From Ilumatobacteraceae bacterium (GTDB lineage Bacteria; Actinomycetota; Acidimicrobiia; Acidimicrobiales; Ilumatobacteraceae): a stretch of DNA of 64,000 nt. Made by a program: the position numbers and the translations under genes. Under the pieces are notes generated by a model, which was not told the DNA's origin, did no database searches, and was given only the letters and a program-made list of their open reading frames with translations. Position 1 is the stretch's first letter. Each line of letters begins with the position of its first letter. The stretch lies in NCBI GenBank assembly GCA_963810675.1, contig CAWEOL010000014.1:155689-219688 (forward strand), written 5' to 3'. Positions 62,446 to 64,000 of the stretch are shown here, piece after piece.

Positions 62446-62526
62446 CAAAACTTTGATTGGACGCGACTGTCATTTCAACCACTTCAGTGTCGTCCTTTGG
62501 AGTCTGTTTCGGCCCCTTCAGGCGCG

Positions 62527-62562
62527 TTTGCCCCCGATTTTGCCCCCGGCTTTGCCCCCGAG
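62527..62562. repeat. 3 x 12-bp tandem repeat TTTGCCCCCG(AT/GC/AG)
   Basis: Seen directly, 82-117 bp from tRNA fragment copy B. Confidence 0.85.
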
Positions 62563-62624
62563 TCCGGATGCACGTTCTCCTGTTACCGCTTGCTGGGCGT
62601 GCATGCACTTCTTATACTTGATGC

Positions 62625-62867
62625 ATGCAGTACACCATCCGTGGCATCCCTCCGAAAGTGAACAATGCGTTACGCGCGCGAGCGCGGGCAGCCGGCAAGA
62701 GCCTGAATGAGGCAGCCATCACCGCGCTGGCGGAGGGGACTGGCGTGATTGGAGGTCGTCGAAAACGGCGAAGCCTCGCGGATATCGCCGGGACCTGGAA
62801 GCCGGACAAGCGCTCTCGAGCCGTTCTCGCCGCACAGGACCGCGTGGACAGGAATCTCTGGAGGTGA
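62625..62867 (+). CDS. ribbon-helix-helix (FitA/VapB-like) antitoxin
   Basis: MQYTIRGIPPKVNNALRARARAAGKSLNEAAITAL. Its stop overlaps the vapC GTG (GTGA). Confidence 0.75.
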   Translation: MQYTIRGIPPKVNNALRARARAAGKSLNEAAITALAEGTGVIGGRRKRRSLADIAGTWKPDKRSRAVLAAQDRVDRNLWR

Positions 62868-63246
62868 AGGTCGCGCTCGACACCAATCGATACGTCGATC
62901 TTTGCAAGGGTGTCGCCGGGACCGTCGCGCTCCTGGAGGAAGCTGAAGAAATTGCATTGCCGTTCGTCGTGCTCGGTGAGCTTCGAGCAGGTTTCGCTTA
63001 CGGGCGACGGCAGGCTGAAAACGAGCAGATACTGCGGAGATTCCTCCTGAAGGACGGCGTAAACGTGCTTTTCGCCGACGACCAAACCACACACCACTAT
63101 GCGTCACTGTTCGGCAACTTCGCAAGCGAGGCACACCTATTCCAACGAATGACATGTGGCTTGCGGCCGTGGTCTTGCAGCACAATCTGGCCCTCCATGC
63201 ACGTGACAAACATTTCGATCACCTGCCGCAACTTGTCCGCGTCTGA
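62864..63246 (+). pseudogene. vapC: PIN-domain VapC toxin; one frame change at ~63108
   Basis: VKVALDTNRYVDL...FVVLGELRAGF, then QLRKRGTPIPTNDMWLAAVVLQHNLALHARDKHFDHLPQL in the -1 frame with a stop at 63244..63246. Confidence 0.75.
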
Positions 63247-63258
63247 GAAGTCGCAACG

Positions 63259-63711
63259 TTACGACGCGCCATCGCCCCATCGCCGACGGGTAGACGGGTA
63301 GATACAGAAGTGAAATAGATATTGGTTCAGCCCTGAACGCTGTTTGCGCATAACAGGCAGGACGGCGCGGGTTACGTTCATCGGGCCGACGAGACTGGTC
63401 GACAACTGTTGCTCCATCTGCTCGGGCGTCGGCTCTTCAAAGAAACCTGCATAGAAGTCTGCGGCATTATTGACCAGCACTACTATTCGGCCAAACCGAT
63501 CAACGGTCGCCTTAACCGCGGACTCCGCATCAGTAGGTTTGGTGATGTCCAGTTTCACGATCAAGAGGGCTGAGGATTCCCCAACGGCCTTGGCCACCTT
63601 TTCAATATTGCGGCCGGTAGCGACCACTTCATGGCCAACGGCAAGAGCCGCCTTAGCGATATCCACCCCCATGCCGCGCCCGGCACCGGTGACGAACCAA
63701 ACTTTGCTCAT
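63259..63711 (-). pseudogene. SDR family oxidoreductase, N-terminal ~130 codons only
   Basis: MSKVWFVTGAGRGMG, NNAA, VGPMNVTRAVLPVMRKQRSG. The homology decays at ~63270-63330 and no YxxxK region is present. Confidence 0.7.
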
Positions 63712-64000
63712 GTTTCTGTTCCTCACCATCAACTTAACCCGCTTTTGACCGCTCCGTCGCACTTGTCCATTTTTTAACGATATCCCTGGCGCCTCACACC
63801 AGCACGTTCTGATGAAGTCTTGATCCTAGATGCAGGAAAGTCCCTGATACTGGGGAGGCTCTGAAGGCGAAGAAGTATCCCGTTGTCGAGATCAAGGCTC
63901 GCGCACCAGGCAGGACTGGTGCGCGACATCTATTGCGCTAGAGCTAATCGGATCGAGAAAATCCGAACCTCAGACTTCCTGCGCACAAGGCGATAGCCAA

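Noticed and set aside
62527-62562. CRISPR array
   Set aside because: There are only three contiguous 12-bp units with no spacers and no cas genes. No other spaced repeat array was seen anywhere in the window.
1096-63130. Programmed ribosomal frameshifting as the cause of the split genes
   Set aside because: There are too many sites, in unrelated families and on both strands. I saw no recurring slippery heptamer or downstream pseudoknot. Several genes need three or more shifts.

Overview
No tools were used. All calls come from reading the six-frame ORFs and the DNA by eye. Product names rest on recalled family motifs, and frameshift positions are good to roughly +/-15 nt.

The window appears to hold two unrelated genomic contexts joined near 47.8 kb.

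(A) Bases 1 to ~47,800 are high GC (43/60 in a hand-counted sample line). Gene content looks like an actinobacterial core chromosome, with mycothiol synthase MshD, DUF3499, and a his operon followed by trpE.
- Amidohydrolase and SDR genes, followed by a three-gene corrinoid methyl-transfer set: a URO-D-like methyltransferase, a B12-binding protein and a homocysteine S-methyltransferase.
- A cst-like sulfide/persulfide detoxification island: TauE, persulfide dioxygenase-rhodanese, DsrE-like, TusE-like, SQR-like and a CstR-like repressor. It also includes a rhodanese lipoprotein and two unknown genes. Six copies of an ATACCCC-N2-GGGGTAT-type palindrome mark its promoters.
- Cellobiose phosphorylase, malQ and a tryptophanase-family lyase.
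- A stretch of housekeeping and hypothetical genes, including rlmN, an M3 peptidase, mshD and nth.
- hisC-B-H-A-F, then an aldo-keto reductase and a GroES-like gene, then hisI and trpE.

(B) Bases ~47,800 to 64,000 have visibly lower GC (33/60 in a sample line). The gene content looks Acidobacteria-like.
- A 3'-truncated SNF2 helicase.
- A UPF0175/DUF3368 toxin-antitoxin pair.
- A histidine kinase / OmpR regulator / TPR-PD40 protein / cytochrome c peroxidase operon.
- Two identical 44-nt tRNA-Met(CAT) 3' halves bracketing an integrase remnant and a large CarboxypepD_reg-type TonB-dependent receptor.
- A vapBC pair and an SDR remnant.

A large number of clearly conserved genes carry single-base frame disruptions. 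These are dense at 30.7-33.2 kb and across part B. The sequence is therefore either error-rich or decayed.

I found no CRISPR array, rRNA, intact tRNA or transposase. I did not find an obviously new multi-gene system. The most defensible leads are the chimeric junction, the homocysteine-linked corrinoid methyltransferase triad, the unknown members of the CstR-like regulon, and the tRNA-half-bounded island scars.
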